Shown here in pieces: positions 19,247 to 28,876 of a stretch of 64,000 bases of DNA. The notes beneath the pieces were generated by a model that saw nothing but the letters and a program-made list of their open reading frames with translations, had not been told where the DNA came from and did not search any database. The position numbers and the translations under genes were made by a program. How positions within the stretch are numbered: the first letter of the stretch is position 1; every line of letters starts with the position of its first letter. Source of the stretch: Candidatus Bathyarchaeota archaeon (GTDB taxonomy: Archaea > Thermoproteota > Bathyarchaeia > Bathyarchaeales > Bathycorpusculaceae); the NCBI GenBank assembly GCA_963826715.1, contig CAWGYA010000002.1:384001-448000 (forward strand). Reading direction: 5' to 3'.

Positions 19247-20148
19247 CTACCGCAACAAAGACTCAATTTGTTGGCGATTACTTCTTGCAATGGTTTCTTC
19301 GGGGTCTCAATCACTTCAAACCTTACTTTGCGGGAGTGGTCTTGCTCATGCACATAAATTCTTGCAAGCTCCCCACACCACATCTTAAAAGTAATGTTGA
19401 AAGCTTCGCCGCTGAACTCTTGAGCGGAGTCCTTCCCGTAGTGCCACATAACAATCTTCCAAACCTCGACAGAGGTAATACTATTGTCTGTTAGCTTTGC
19501 ATCAACAAGTCTGCATGCATTGAGCAACTGGTTTCTAATACCGCCGATAAATGCGGCCATACTTACAAAACCTATAGGGCTTGCCTCTACTGGACAATTT
19601 CCACAATCTAAAACAAATGTAACCGTCCCATTACAGTGGAGGATAACTTGAACCGAGCGGTATTTGGACCATTCAAAAGAACCAAAGCAAATATCCTTGG
19701 ACCCGACTGCAGGTTTGTATTTACCTGTGCTTAACAGAAGCTCATATAACTGGTCCGCAACAAAGGCTAACCGGACATCGTGAACCCTGCACAGTTCTTC
19801 TGCAGGCAAAGAATCTAACAACACTGTAAGGTCAATCGTGACGCGCCCAAGCCCCCTACCCCCCATACGGGAGAGTGTCACAGGTTTCTTGATTTTAGAC
19901 CTATCAATGGATTTCAGCTTATAGAATGCAAACCCAGATTTGCAGTACAACTCTACTATTTGCAGCTTCTTTAATTTGCAATTTATGTTGCGAGCGGTTC
20001 CTTTGGAGTATATTCCTGCGAACTCCATCAAATCCGCTGAACAATAAGGTCTATTTTCATCAAGCAGTATCCACCTTAGCGCTTTCCTCTCAACAGGGGA
20101 CAACAAACCCTCCCACTGCTCCAGATTGTCATTGTCATTGGCTGCCAA
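19222..20148 (-). CDS. Winged-helix-containing protein, candidate replication or regulatory protein of the element
   Basis: N-terminal LSPVERKAL..SKGTARNINCKLKKLQIVE..FYKL wHTH followed by an unknown beta-rich domain. Confidence 0.5.
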   Translation of the reverse strand: MAANDNDNLEQWEGLLSPVERKALRWILLDENRPYCSADLMEFAGIYSKGTARNINCKLKKLQIVELYCKSGFAFYKLKSIDRSKIKKPVTLSRMGGRGLGRVTIDLTVLLDSLPAEELCRVHDVRLAFVADQLYELLLSTGKYKPAVGSKDICFGSFEWSKYRSVQVILHCNGTVTFVLDCGNCPVEASPIGFVSMAAFIGGIRNQLLNACRLVDAKLTDNSITSVEVWKIVMWHYGKDSAQEFSGEAFNITFKMWCGELARIYVHEQDHSRKVRFEVIETPKKPLQEVIANKLSLCCGRCSGCLRQ

Positions 20149-20323
20149 GGGGTGTCACCTTCTTTATGGGCTCAAGAATTATCCGTTGTTTCTCATCCAA
20201 TTTTACTATGAAAAGGTCTGTGTTTTCTTCGCCCAGATAGCGTCGTAACTTTATGGGTATGACGACTGCTTTGGAGTTGTCTGTGTGGTATGCTTTTGCT
20301 GTTGTTATTATTTGTTCAACCAA
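20135..20323 (-). CDS. AbrB/SpoVT-like DNA-binding protein
   Basis: SKAVVIPIKLRRYLG...RIILEPI pattern. Confidence 0.7.
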   Translation of the reverse strand: MVEQIITTAKAYHTDNSKAVVIPIKLRRYLGEENTDLFIVKLDEKQRIILEPIKKVTPLGSQ

Positions 20324-20384
20324 TTAGCTTATACACCTCTATCTTCGATATTAGAAATATAATCTACTACCCCCTAGGGGTGTT

Positions 20385-21539
20385 TTGGTAATGAGTAAAT
20401 CAATGGAAGACAAGCCAAAGGTGGGTGACTACATTGCCCTAACTTGGAAGAACTTTGACAATTCTATCTGGGAGGGAACTGAAGGTTTAGTTGTAGGAAC
20501 TTTCGAAGATAATAAGCGGTCAAAATATCTTCTTATCGATAGAAGTGCCTATTCGGATTCATTGAAATCGGTTTTTTACTCCTTGGGTCTCATGGACCTC
20601 TTTATGGTTGATACCTCTGAAATTGAGTCAATTCTCAACCTTCCGCAACGCGACAGACCCCCAGGAATAAAGGAGGATATGCGGTTTAAGATGGAGATTG
20701 ATTATAAGTCAAATGTCGACTACGAAGCCACCCGGTCTAAACTGGCTAAAAAAAGAGATGACTATTTTGTCGATGTCAATCAACCAGTCCAAACTGATGG
20801 GGCTGCTAATTTTTCAATTAAGGAAATAGATTCAGTTAAAGACGCCTCTATCAGTTTTTCGCCTTTAGGTAATGTACAGATACATTGTTTGCCAAAGCAG
20901 TTGAACCAGTGCGTTGAATGGTTGAAAGCAAATGTTGAAATTCTACCAGGGCACAAGCATCTGGTTTTAATTCCCACTCATTTTATGCTTAATATTCACG
21001 ATAATTTTAAAGAAAATGCTGAACCTACTGATGAGTTAATTGAAAAATTAGCGATGATTAAGCAAAAAGAAGAAATAATTTTCCCGCTTGGATGGGTTAA
21101 CCATTTTTTTAATGACCTGGATGATAATGCCTTAAAGCTTCTTTTCCCTGAATGCAACAACATCGAGGAAATGGTCTTAAAGACTAAAAAAGGAAAATCG
21201 GATAGCTGCAAGGCAGAGAAAAAGTCTCTTGATAAGACGTATCTATACATTAACTTTGGTTTCCCATCGAGTTCGGTTACTTCACTTAAGCAGCCGTTGT
21301 CTGCTGAACCACCCGTTTTGTCTCTTGGTGGTCTGATTCTGAAGGATGAAGAGGCAGACGGGATGAAAAATATGTGGTTCCGTTCTAGATTTGATCAATG
21401 GGTAAATCTCAACACTGGTTCTCCATTAGTCCGGCTCAATGAGAAAGTTCTGATTAGAAACGTAATAATAAATCGAATGACTGGAAAATATGAGGTCAAC
21501 TTCAGAAAATACTATGGAACAAATTTTGAGACTTGGTAG
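20385..21539 (+). CDS. Hypothetical protein (384 aa)
   Basis: Long ORF divergent from the AbrB-like gene; no motif recognised. Confidence 0.65.
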   Translation: MVMSKSMEDKPKVGDYIALTWKNFDNSIWEGTEGLVVGTFEDNKRSKYLLIDRSAYSDSLKSVFYSLGLMDLFMVDTSEIESILNLPQRDRPPGIKEDMRFKMEIDYKSNVDYEATRSKLAKKRDDYFVDVNQPVQTDGAANFSIKEIDSVKDASISFSPLGNVQIHCLPKQLNQCVEWLKANVEILPGHKHLVLIPTHFMLNIHDNFKENAEPTDELIEKLAMIKQKEEIIFPLGWVNHFFNDLDDNALKLLFPECNNIEEMVLKTKKGKSDSCKAEKKSLDKTYLYINFGFPSSSVTSLKQPLSAEPPVLSLGGLILKDEEADGMKNMWFRSRFDQWVNLNTGSPLVRLNEKVLIRNVIINRMTGKYEVNFRKYYGTNFETW

Positions 21540-21584
21540 ATTTAGGTAATTATTTTATATTAAAGCAAAGAGTAACTTGCCTTT

Positions 21585-21854
21585 ATGCTTGACATTAAGA
21601 CGCTTGAGGGTTGGCTCTGGGACGCAGCCTGCAAAATCCGCGACCCCGTCGACGCCCCAAAATACAAAGACCACATCCTACCACTAATCTTCCTAAAACG
21701 CCTCTCCGACGTCTTTGATGAAGAAATCGAAAAACTCGCAGCTCAATACGGTGATTTTAGACCTTTTTCGTGTGCTTCGATTGCATGCACTAACCTTGCT
21801 TCCCGTGATTCTAAACGTGACATTCTCCACTGTAACAACGCTGACAATGTTTGA
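21585..21854 (+). pseudogene. hsdM: Truncated type I restriction-modification M subunit (N-terminal fragment)
   Basis: [38 protein letters not shown] is the HsdM N-terminus; similarity ends after about 57 aa. Confidence 0.8.
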
Positions 21855-22159
21855 GGTTTTTTCTCTTTTTGTTTAAGTTTTTCAGGTACTTTTTTTACAT
21901 TTTGACTTGTACTTGGACTTGACATTCATATCACCAACTTGTTTAACCGTCAATCGATACTTAACTGGTCGGTGACAGAACGGTTCAATATTTATGAAGA
22001 ATTGACTGATTGTTTGGGTTTTGCCCAAATAGAGCGTAGCACTCGCTATCTTGGTCACTTCTCTAATATAAAAAACGCTCAAACCCTTGGGAAACATTCA
22101 TGCTTTAACGCTTATATTCCAAAGACCCCTAAATAGAAGCGCTGTAGCGAGAAACTGAT

Positions 22160-22786
22160 ATGCAATCTAAGGATAAAATTCTGCAAAGACTAGAAAACTC
22201 GATATCGGAATTAGACCTTAATTTTGCGGCTCTTAAGCAAGCAGAGATAGAAGTATGGATGCCTAAATATCCAGCCGATTTTACTATGGAATACGCTAAT
22301 AAGAGTATGACCAAAGCGCTTAAAATTTACTCACTCTGTTTGCATAATTACTTAGGTTCTTTCTTTTCCTTATTGCAGCATATTAGAAAAGCAAAAAGTA
22401 ACATAGATAATCCACAAATTGCGACTGAGTATGATAACGAAAAAAAGAAATACGCCATTATCGAGCTTCACTTTTTACAAGACTTGTCAGACTACTCGCG
22501 ACACAATGAATTACCAATGTCTGGTCAAAACACCGGATTATTCTATGGCACTCATGATCAGCCAAAAGACAGTAGCATACCTTCAATGATATCGTTATGT
22601 CCCCCCAGTCTATTAATCCCCAAACTCTTGGAAGACAAAAAACTTTCTGCCAAGTCAAATGCTTACTTAAACCATTACATTGAACAACAGGGAGCTGAGT
22701 TGATATTACCTCAAATAATAGATAAGGGACATAGTTCATTAAGACAATCAGCGCTTCTTTTATACAAAAAAATTGTTGAGTTCTAA
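22160..22786 (+). CDS. Hypothetical helical protein, possibly HEPN-like
   Basis: LHNYLGSFFSLLQH...FLQDLSDYSRHNELP resembles a degenerate HEPN Rx4-6H region. Confidence 0.45.
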   Translation: MQSKDKILQRLENSISELDLNFAALKQAEIEVWMPKYPADFTMEYANKSMTKALKIYSLCLHNYLGSFFSLLQHIRKAKSNIDNPQIATEYDNEKKKYAIIELHFLQDLSDYSRHNELPMSGQNTGLFYGTHDQPKDSSIPSMISLCPPSLLIPKLLEDKKLSAKSNAYLNHYIEQQGAELILPQIIDKGHSSLRQSALLLYKKIVEF

Positions 22787-23260
22787 AAGGAGCAGCGCGC
22801 GCTCTCGGGCTGGCTACTTTATTTCAGGGAATGGGAGGCTGACTGTTACTTGAATCGGGTAGAGTAAACCGTAGTCATAACGGGGCTAACTATTTAGCTG
22901 AGAGAAATTTGGCAAAATCTAAATACACTTTATGTCAAATTAACGTGCATGTCCACCATAGACTTTGTTGTAAGCAACGGTTGAGCTATTGTTACCGCGA
23001 TTCTTACAGGGGGTATATCTTTCATTTTTGGTGAACTATTATGGGCTTACTGGAAGAAGCCTAAGTTTGTAATTGAATGTTCCAATATCAAGCGCGGAAA
23101 GTTACCCCATTATTGGTTGAGGCAACGTCATTATTACTCTAAACTGTTGCTCACCGGGTCTTGTTGGTCTATATCTTATGTCTTTATCTTGAAAATCGCC
23201 CACCACACCCTCTTGTGCGCTGATTTTCTGCTATAGGCGGGGGACTACTATTTTGGTGGT

Positions 23261-23473
23261 TCAAACAGTCCGCCGCACATGGGGCATAATAGAGGTTGTG
23301 CTTTTGAGGTTTTTGGTTATTTGTTTATAGCATAAGTCCATGTAGCAGATGGGGCAGAGGCTGATTTTGCATTTTGGACACCACTTAAGCCCCGCGTTAA
23401 CGCCGCCGCATGCATCACAGGGCTTAGTTAAATCGTACTTTTCAAAGAAACCCATAACCACACATTCACCCAA
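23261..23473 (-). CDS. Small Cys-rich Zn-finger protein
   Basis: CDAC...CPKC...CPIC. Confidence 0.4.
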   Translation of the reverse strand: MGECVVMGFFEKYDLTKPCDACGGVNAGLKWCPKCKISLCPICYMDLCYKQITKNLKSTTSIMPHVRRTV

Positions 23474-23709
23474 GAGGATAAAAGGCGTTAACCTAAAGTA
23501 CCTGCCTAAACCTTAGAGGCTCAAGTGAAAGTAGAGTTTAGCACTTAAGGCAAATAAACTCTATCATTGCGGTATAACTCATGAAGAACTGCTTGACACT
23601 GCCTATCGCTCTTCTCGTTTATTTTTCAAAGACTATACAACGCGCCATGTGCTAATAACTTAAATTTAATATACAGCTTGTATGAATATGCCTAACTAGA
23701 GGCGCTATC

Positions 23710-24423
23710 TTGGTTAAAGTAAACAAGAAATTTGCGGTTAGTATCATTCTTATCTCAGCTATTCTCTTGGTAGTGGTTTTTATTTGGTTTGACTTAAGAC
23801 CCAGTGATTTTGCACCTGAAAGTAGCAAGTTTGAGGTTACTAACATAAGACTAGAGCCTTCTTCTGATTGGACAAGCTCCACTCTTCTTCTATCAGTCAC
23901 TAACATCTACAATTCGCCTGTGAATGTGATAGGGTCGAATGTAAATGGAAAGAGCTTTGGATATTCCACTTTTGAGGTTCCGCCAGGGCAAACAAAAGAC
24001 ATCAGTTTACAACTTCATGATTTGCCTATTACTAACTCTACGAGTTATGATGCCAAGTTGACCTTTACTTTTGAAGATGGAGTGTACCAAGTTTATGAGC
24101 AAACAGTTACACCTAAGAAATATAGCCCTGGCTTTATCATTAAGGATTCTGACCTTACCCCAACCTCTTCAAACTCTATCATGTATAATGTGACATTGCA
24201 GAATACCGGTAATATACCGATGGTAGATGCAAAAGTCATAGTAAATGGTGCTTATCAGACACCGCTACATGTGGCAGATAGGTTGGAACCGAAAGAAACT
24301 GTATCTTTTAGTGCAGAGATTTCTTTACCATTCAAAATTGGTGATAAGTGGACGGTTGAGATAGAGGCTGTCTTCATAGAGGGAAGCACCTTCTCGGCTG
24401 AATCCTCTTTTTCATTCAAGTAG
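23710..24423 (+). CDS. Membrane-anchored surface protein with two Ig/CARDB-like domains
   Basis: N-terminal hydrophobic helix; VTNIYNSP and VTLQNTGNIP beta-sandwich repeats. Confidence 0.65.
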   Translation: MVKVNKKFAVSIILISAILLVVVFIWFDLRPSDFAPESSKFEVTNIRLEPSSDWTSSTLLLSVTNIYNSPVNVIGSNVNGKSFGYSTFEVPPGQTKDISLQLHDLPITNSTSYDAKLTFTFEDGVYQVYEQTVTPKKYSPGFIIKDSDLTPTSSNSIMYNVTLQNTGNIPMVDAKVIVNGAYQTPLHVADRLEPKETVSFSAEISLPFKIGDKWTVEIEAVFIEGSTFSAESSFSFK

Positions 24424-24601
24424 AATCGACCTATTCCTTAAATTAGCTGGCCTCTAATGGGTTTGGGCGAGAAAACGCTTCACCTCCTTAAGCCGATGTT
24501 TCTGGCCTTAAATCATAAAAGCTCTCGAATTAACTGTATGATAGCAAGAACAGCTAATCGAAAAATACTGAACTGATTTTTTGTATGAGGTGAATAGTGA
24601 T

Positions 24602-24733
24602 ATGGGTAAGAAAGGAGAGACAAGAGAACAAGACAGGGAAAAACCTCAGCCTCAAAAGCAGAAGGATAGAGCTGCTAAACGTAAGGATAAAAAGTCTGCC
24701 CGACTGGAAAGACAAAAATCAAGACAGACTTAA
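24602..24733 (+). CDS. 43-aa highly charged basic protein (below the ORF-track cutoff)
   Basis: GAGGTGA Shine-Dalgarno 8 nt upstream; MGKKGETREQDREKPQPQKQKDRAAKRKDKKSARLERQKSRQT. Confidence 0.5.
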   Translation: MGKKGETREQDREKPQPQKQKDRAAKRKDKKSARLERQKSRQT

Positions 24734-24995
24734 GCAGAATACCACTTAGTGCAGAGACATAGCCGTTTTGAGTTTTTTCTTTAAGCGTAAACCCCGAGGT
24801 ACGGTAGGGAAACGGTTACGCGTTTTCGGCTTAGGTTGTCACGTATTTTATTGTTTATTTTTTGTGTTGCCGCTTTGCTTGAGTGTCCCTGACCGGTTAT
24901 TTTCCAGTTTTTCATATCGATTAAGCAGTAGGTTATTTGTAGGTCGCTGAACTAATCACATTAGGGAACGCACACTTACCATATATGATACGAAG

Positions 24996-26132
24996 TTGGA
25001 ATCAATGGCTGAAAAAAAGAATTACTACGAGAATTTAGGCATTCCAAAGGACGCATCCAAAGACGCGATAAAAGACGCCTACAGAAAACTAGCCATGCAA
25101 TATCATCCAGACAGAAACAAGTCTCCGGAAGCTGAAGAGAAGTTCAAAGAAATATCGGAAGCCTACGCAGTGCTGTCGAATGATGAGAAACGCCAACAAT
25201 ATGACAACTTAGGTAGCAATGGATTTGATCAAAGGTATAGTCGAGAGGACATTTTCCGAGGGGCCGACTTTGACTCGATATTTCGCGACATGGGTGTCAG
25301 TTCCGGCTTTGATGATCTTTTCAGTGTTTTCTTTGGGGGACGAGGCTTTGAAGGAAGACAAAGAGCAATCCGTGGACGAGATTTGGGCTACGAAGTATAC
25401 ATAACCCTTGAAGAAGCAGAGCGCGGTGTTGAAAAAGAAATTGAGGTCCCAAGAATTGAGCGTTGCCCAGTTTGTGGGGGTTCTGGAGCTACTCCAGGTT
25501 CTTCAGTGCAAACTTGCCCAGTATGCAAAGGTTCTGGAAAAGTCCAAAACACAATAAGAAAACGCTCTGGCACGTTTATACAAATCGCGCAATGCTCTGC
25601 TTGCAACGGCACAGGACAAAAAATTATTTCCCCATGCAGAAACTGCAACGGAAAAGGCCTCATAAAAAGGGAAAGAAAAATCACGGTTAAGATACCAGTT
25701 GGAATAAATGAAGGAAACCAGCTTAGGCTTGAAGGACAAGGAGACGCAGCCCAGGACGGAGGTCCCTCAGGAGATTTATACATAATGATTCACCTGATGC
25801 CTCATCAATACTTCAAAAGAGAAGGCGACGATCTCTTGTACAATCTATACATCAGCATTACGCAAGCATCATTAGGTGCGGAAGTCACCCTACCTGCAAT
25901 CCAAGGAAAAGCTACACTGAAAATTCATCCTGGAACACAACCTGGACAGATTCTAATAGTCAGAGGCAGGGGCATGCCGAGAATGGGCGGATATGGCAAA
26001 GGCGATCTACGCGTCCGTGTGAATGTGGTTGTTCCCAAAAAGCTAACTCAGCGCCAAAGTGCCCTTCTGGAAGAGCTGGCCAAAGAACTAGACCAAAATC
26101 TCGATAAAAGAGCGAAAGCCAATGTACTATAA
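24996..26132 (+). CDS. dnaJ: Chaperone DnaJ (full-length, type I)
   Basis: J-domain HPD, G/F-rich region, four CxxCxGxG repeats, C-terminal domain. Confidence 0.95.
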   Translation: MESMAEKKNYYENLGIPKDASKDAIKDAYRKLAMQYHPDRNKSPEAEEKFKEISEAYAVLSNDEKRQQYDNLGSNGFDQRYSREDIFRGADFDSIFRDMGVSSGFDDLFSVFFGGRGFEGRQRAIRGRDLGYEVYITLEEAERGVEKEIEVPRIERCPVCGGSGATPGSSVQTCPVCKGSGKVQNTIRKRSGTFIQIAQCSACNGTGQKIISPCRNCNGKGLIKRERKITVKIPVGINEGNQLRLEGQGDAAQDGGPSGDLYIMIHLMPHQYFKREGDDLLYNLYISITQASLGAEVTLPAIQGKATLKIHPGTQPGQILIVRGRGMPRMGGYGKGDLRVRVNVVVPKKLTQRQSALLEELAKELDQNLDKRAKANVL

Positions 26133-26165
26133 ACGCATTGATAGGATAGTTGCCTTAAATTATTT

Positions 26166-26570
26166 TTAAGGTTTGTATTGAAGAGAAACCGTTATTCGTT
26201 TACGACTTAAACTAGTTTTAATTTCTGAGTTAATTTTCGAGTTTTCTTTTCCTTTGCTTGCGTGACCAAAACGGGTAATCTTCCAATTTTTGAGATTGCC
26301 TCTGATTAACTGTGGGTTGCTTGTTAGAATGTAGAAGGGCGTTTTTGTTTGGGAAGAGTAGAGTTCAGCGATAAAGTTTAGGAACCGTTTGCCAACTCCG
26401 ACTCCTTGATAGTCCGGTAGCACAACTAGTCGGCTTACTCTGTAGTATTTTGCTTTCATTCTTACGCATGCGACAGCTATGAATGCTATGGGTTTCTCTT
26501 TATAGACTGCCGCGTAACACCGAACACCGGCACCCAAAGAACCGTTTAGATAATGATGCTGCCGAAACAT
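26166..26570 (-). CDS. GNAT acetyltransferase domain (probably the C-terminal part of a frameshifted fusion)
   Basis: HHYL, RVSRLVVLPDYQGVGVG acetyl-CoA-binding motif. Confidence 0.8.
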   Translation of the reverse strand: MFRQHHYLNGSLGAGVRCYAAVYKEKPIAFIAVACVRMKAKYYRVSRLVVLPDYQGVGVGKRFLNFIAELYSSQTKTPFYILTSNPQLIRGNLKNWKITRFGHASKGKENSKINSEIKTSLSRKRITVSLQYKP

Positions 26571-27226
26571 CTTCCAAAGGGATGCGCCGCACCGATAAAC
26601 GCTGAGGTTAACGGGCGGCCGACTTCTTTTTTTTTGCTAAACTCCATTGTATCGGTGGAGAAAACCCAGTCAGGATCTAACCAATCAACCACATCATAGT
26701 GACAAGTAACAGCAATGAATTTCTTTGCGCTTCTGCGAACTGCCTTGCTGATGGCAAAGGCGCTGACTTTAGCTATTTCTCGATCGACAACGCTTGTGAA
26801 CTCATCAAAAACGATCAAAGGCTGCTCAAGACACAATGCTCTTGCGATGTCTACCCGCATCTTTTCTCCCTGACTCAAACAATCATAACCTTTTAGCCAG
26901 TCCGGTGGACTAGCAAACCCGACACTACAAAGTATCTTTGTAATCTCACCAGTTTCAAGCTCTTGGGGAAAATCATCAAGAACACACTTACCGTTGTAAT
27001 CAAATTCTCGGATGTAGGCTTCCGGGAAAAGCTGCTTAGCTATGCTGGTTTTGCCTGAACCGCTGCGCCCAACAATGACGCCGATTTGCCAATCAAAAGT
27101 TTCCAGTGGCAAATTGCCCTTAAACCGTTTCTCCAACTTTACGTCGTTTAGGGTGTAGCTGCCCACGACGCTCTGGGCTCGGAAGCTGTCGGATTCTTCC
27201 CATTTTTTTACTATGTCAAAATCCAT
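26546..27226 (-). CDS. Soluble ABC-type ATPase
   Basis: Walker A GRSGSGKT, signature LSQGE, Walker B IVFDEF, H-loop VTCH. Confidence 0.85.
   Translation of the reverse strand: MDFDIVKKWEESDSFRAQSVVGSYTLNDVKLEKRFKGNLPLETFDWQIGVIVGRSGSGKTSIAKQLFPEAYIREFDYNGKCVLDDFPQELETGEITKILCSVGFASPPDWLKGYDCLSQGEKMRVDIARALCLEQPLIVFDEFTSVVDREIAKVSAFAISKAVRRSAKKFIAVTCHYDVVDWLDPDWVFSTDTMEFSKKKEVGRPLTSAFIGAAHPFGRCFGSIII
26586..26635 (-). other. Candidate -1 frameshift signal: A9 run, 7-nt spacer, stem-loop
   Basis: T9 at 26627-26635 on the + strand; imperfect hairpin GCCGC-CCG.../...CGG-T-GCGGC at 26586-26619; the -1 frame is open into the GNAT ORF. Confidence 0.65.
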
Positions 27227-27240
27227 TCTTGTCAGCTCCG

Positions 27241-27816
27241 CTAAAGTGTTAGGATTCTTAGTTTGAACCCCTGGGCTTTTAACTTCTCAAAATATTCTTT
27301 TTGTTGTGCCTCTGATTTACATTCAATTATGAGCTCGTAGGTTTCAGGAACCGAAAAAGAGACCTCTCGATCATCTACCTCTATAGGAAGCTTTTCGCCT
27401 ACGGATTGAAGGAATAACTTTAATTCCTCTTTCTCTCCCTCGTCAATTATGCGCAGGTACTCGGCACTATCCATCTCCCTGTTATGTTTGCCCCGTAGCT
27501 TGTTTAGCACCTGCCGAAGCAAACGGCGATCAACATCCTTAACTGGCAAGCGAATGACGCTGCACTCAGTCATACCAAGCTCCTTCATAGCCGTAACACG
27601 CTGCTGACCATCAGCCACCAAAAGCTCACTGTTAGTGACGACTGGAACGATGTCGCCCCATCGCTTAATTGAAGATTTTAAGCGGTCAAGCTGCATAAGA
27701 GTTAATCTGTTAGGGTTGTCTTGGTCAAACTTGAGCTCGCTGATTCTTACTCGCTCCGACATTGGAATTGGAATTTCTTTTTCATTTTCCACTGATTCTC
27801 TGCTAAGTACGCTCAT
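27241..27816 (-). CDS. ParB/Srx-like N-terminal domain protein (virus-type)
   Basis: ISELK..NPN..LKSSIKRWG..PVV..VADGQQR. Confidence 0.8.
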   Translation of the reverse strand: MSVLSRESVENEKEIPIPMSERVRISELKFDQDNPNRLTLMQLDRLKSSIKRWGDIVPVVTNSELLVADGQQRVTAMKELGMTECSVIRLPVKDVDRRLLRQVLNKLRGKHNREMDSAEYLRIIDEGEKEELKLFLQSVGEKLPIEVDDREVSFSVPETYELIIECKSEAQQKEYFEKLKAQGFKLRILTL

Positions 27817-28595
27817 ATTTTCAAACTCTCCCTAAATGTTAATTGACAAATTTGGTCATTTTCCGATTTTTTCATAAACCAGCCGCACTTTTCAGCACAT
27901 GTTGGACATTTCTCTTTAAGGTAACGTGCATTACGTGCGTCACACTCCGCGTTCTCCGCTTGTTCTTGCTGTTCTTCTAATTCTTCCACCCTTGCTTGCT
28001 CAGCTGTCCTGTTAGCAGTTAACTGTTGAATATTCTGGGTTGTTTTGAAAACGTTATGTGCTTCACAGAAGCGATTAAAACTCTCAGGAGTAAATAAGTC
28101 ATGGTTCCAAGCCGCATAGACGGGGGCTAAGAGTCTTTCTTGTTCACCTTCACATAGTTTCCAATATCCAGGGGTTTTAAAGACTGCTATTTCTGCGTCG
28201 AATTGTTTTTTGAATTTGCGGGTTTCTTCTATTAGCCAATAGAATCGTGTGTAGAAGACCCAGTTGGCCATGGGGTCTTTTAGCGTAACAAAAGCATCTG
28301 TGAAGACTTGAAAAATCTCATATACTCTAGCCATAAACCGGCGGTTAGCTGCATCTACGATTGCTTGATCATCTGGTGACAGGGGGGTACAGGTGGTTTC
28401 TCCCCGATCGGCTGCTTGCTGCAATTCTTCTCCATAAGCCTCCAAGATATGGCTCGCTCGTCTATGTAACTCGTTTTCAGCTCGATCTAACTCTATGTCA
28501 CCGTTGTCCCATGTTATCTTTGTAGTGCCTTCGTGGGGAAGTTCAGGTAGGACATTTTTTTCTAATGCATGGAGTTTCCGGCTTAGGATATTCAT
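27813..28595 (-). CDS. Hypothetical protein
   Basis: ATGA overlaps at both ends; helical, with a C-terminal CPTC..C. Confidence 0.65.
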   Translation of the reverse strand: MNILSRKLHALEKNVLPELPHEGTTKITWDNGDIELDRAENELHRRASHILEAYGEELQQAADRGETTCTPLSPDDQAIVDAANRRFMARVYEIFQVFTDAFVTLKDPMANWVFYTRFYWLIEETRKFKKQFDAEIAVFKTPGYWKLCEGEQERLLAPVYAAWNHDLFTPESFNRFCEAHNVFKTTQNIQQLTANRTAEQARVEELEEQQEQAENAECDARNARYLKEKCPTCAEKCGWFMKKSENDQICQLTFRESLKI

Positions 28596-28876
28596 TTCTT
28601 TTTATCCTCCGGTTTGGGTATTAATATGCTGTTTTTGAGCTTCTCCTCTAAAGTTATCACCCGAAGCTCCAACTCCTCATCCTTTAGCAAGGGACCATAG
28701 GCTGAAACTGCTGAAACCAAAACCCGTGCCCAACCCTGCTTTGCTTTATCGCTGTTTCCCTCGGAATGAATTTTTTTATGAGATAAACCTAATACACCGT
28801 CTAAAACACGAAACAACGTATTTCTACGCTCCTTTGTAGAACGGTTTGATGTTGGTTTCTTGGCGGTTTCAGCCAT
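28592..28876 (-). CDS. Hypothetical protein
   Basis: First gene of the coupled operon, with a purine-rich RBS upstream. Confidence 0.6.
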   Translation of the reverse strand: MAETAKKPTSNRSTKERRNTLFRVLDGVLGLSHKKIHSEGNSDKAKQGWARVLVSAVSAYGPLLKDEELELRVITLEEKLKNSILIPKPEDKKK

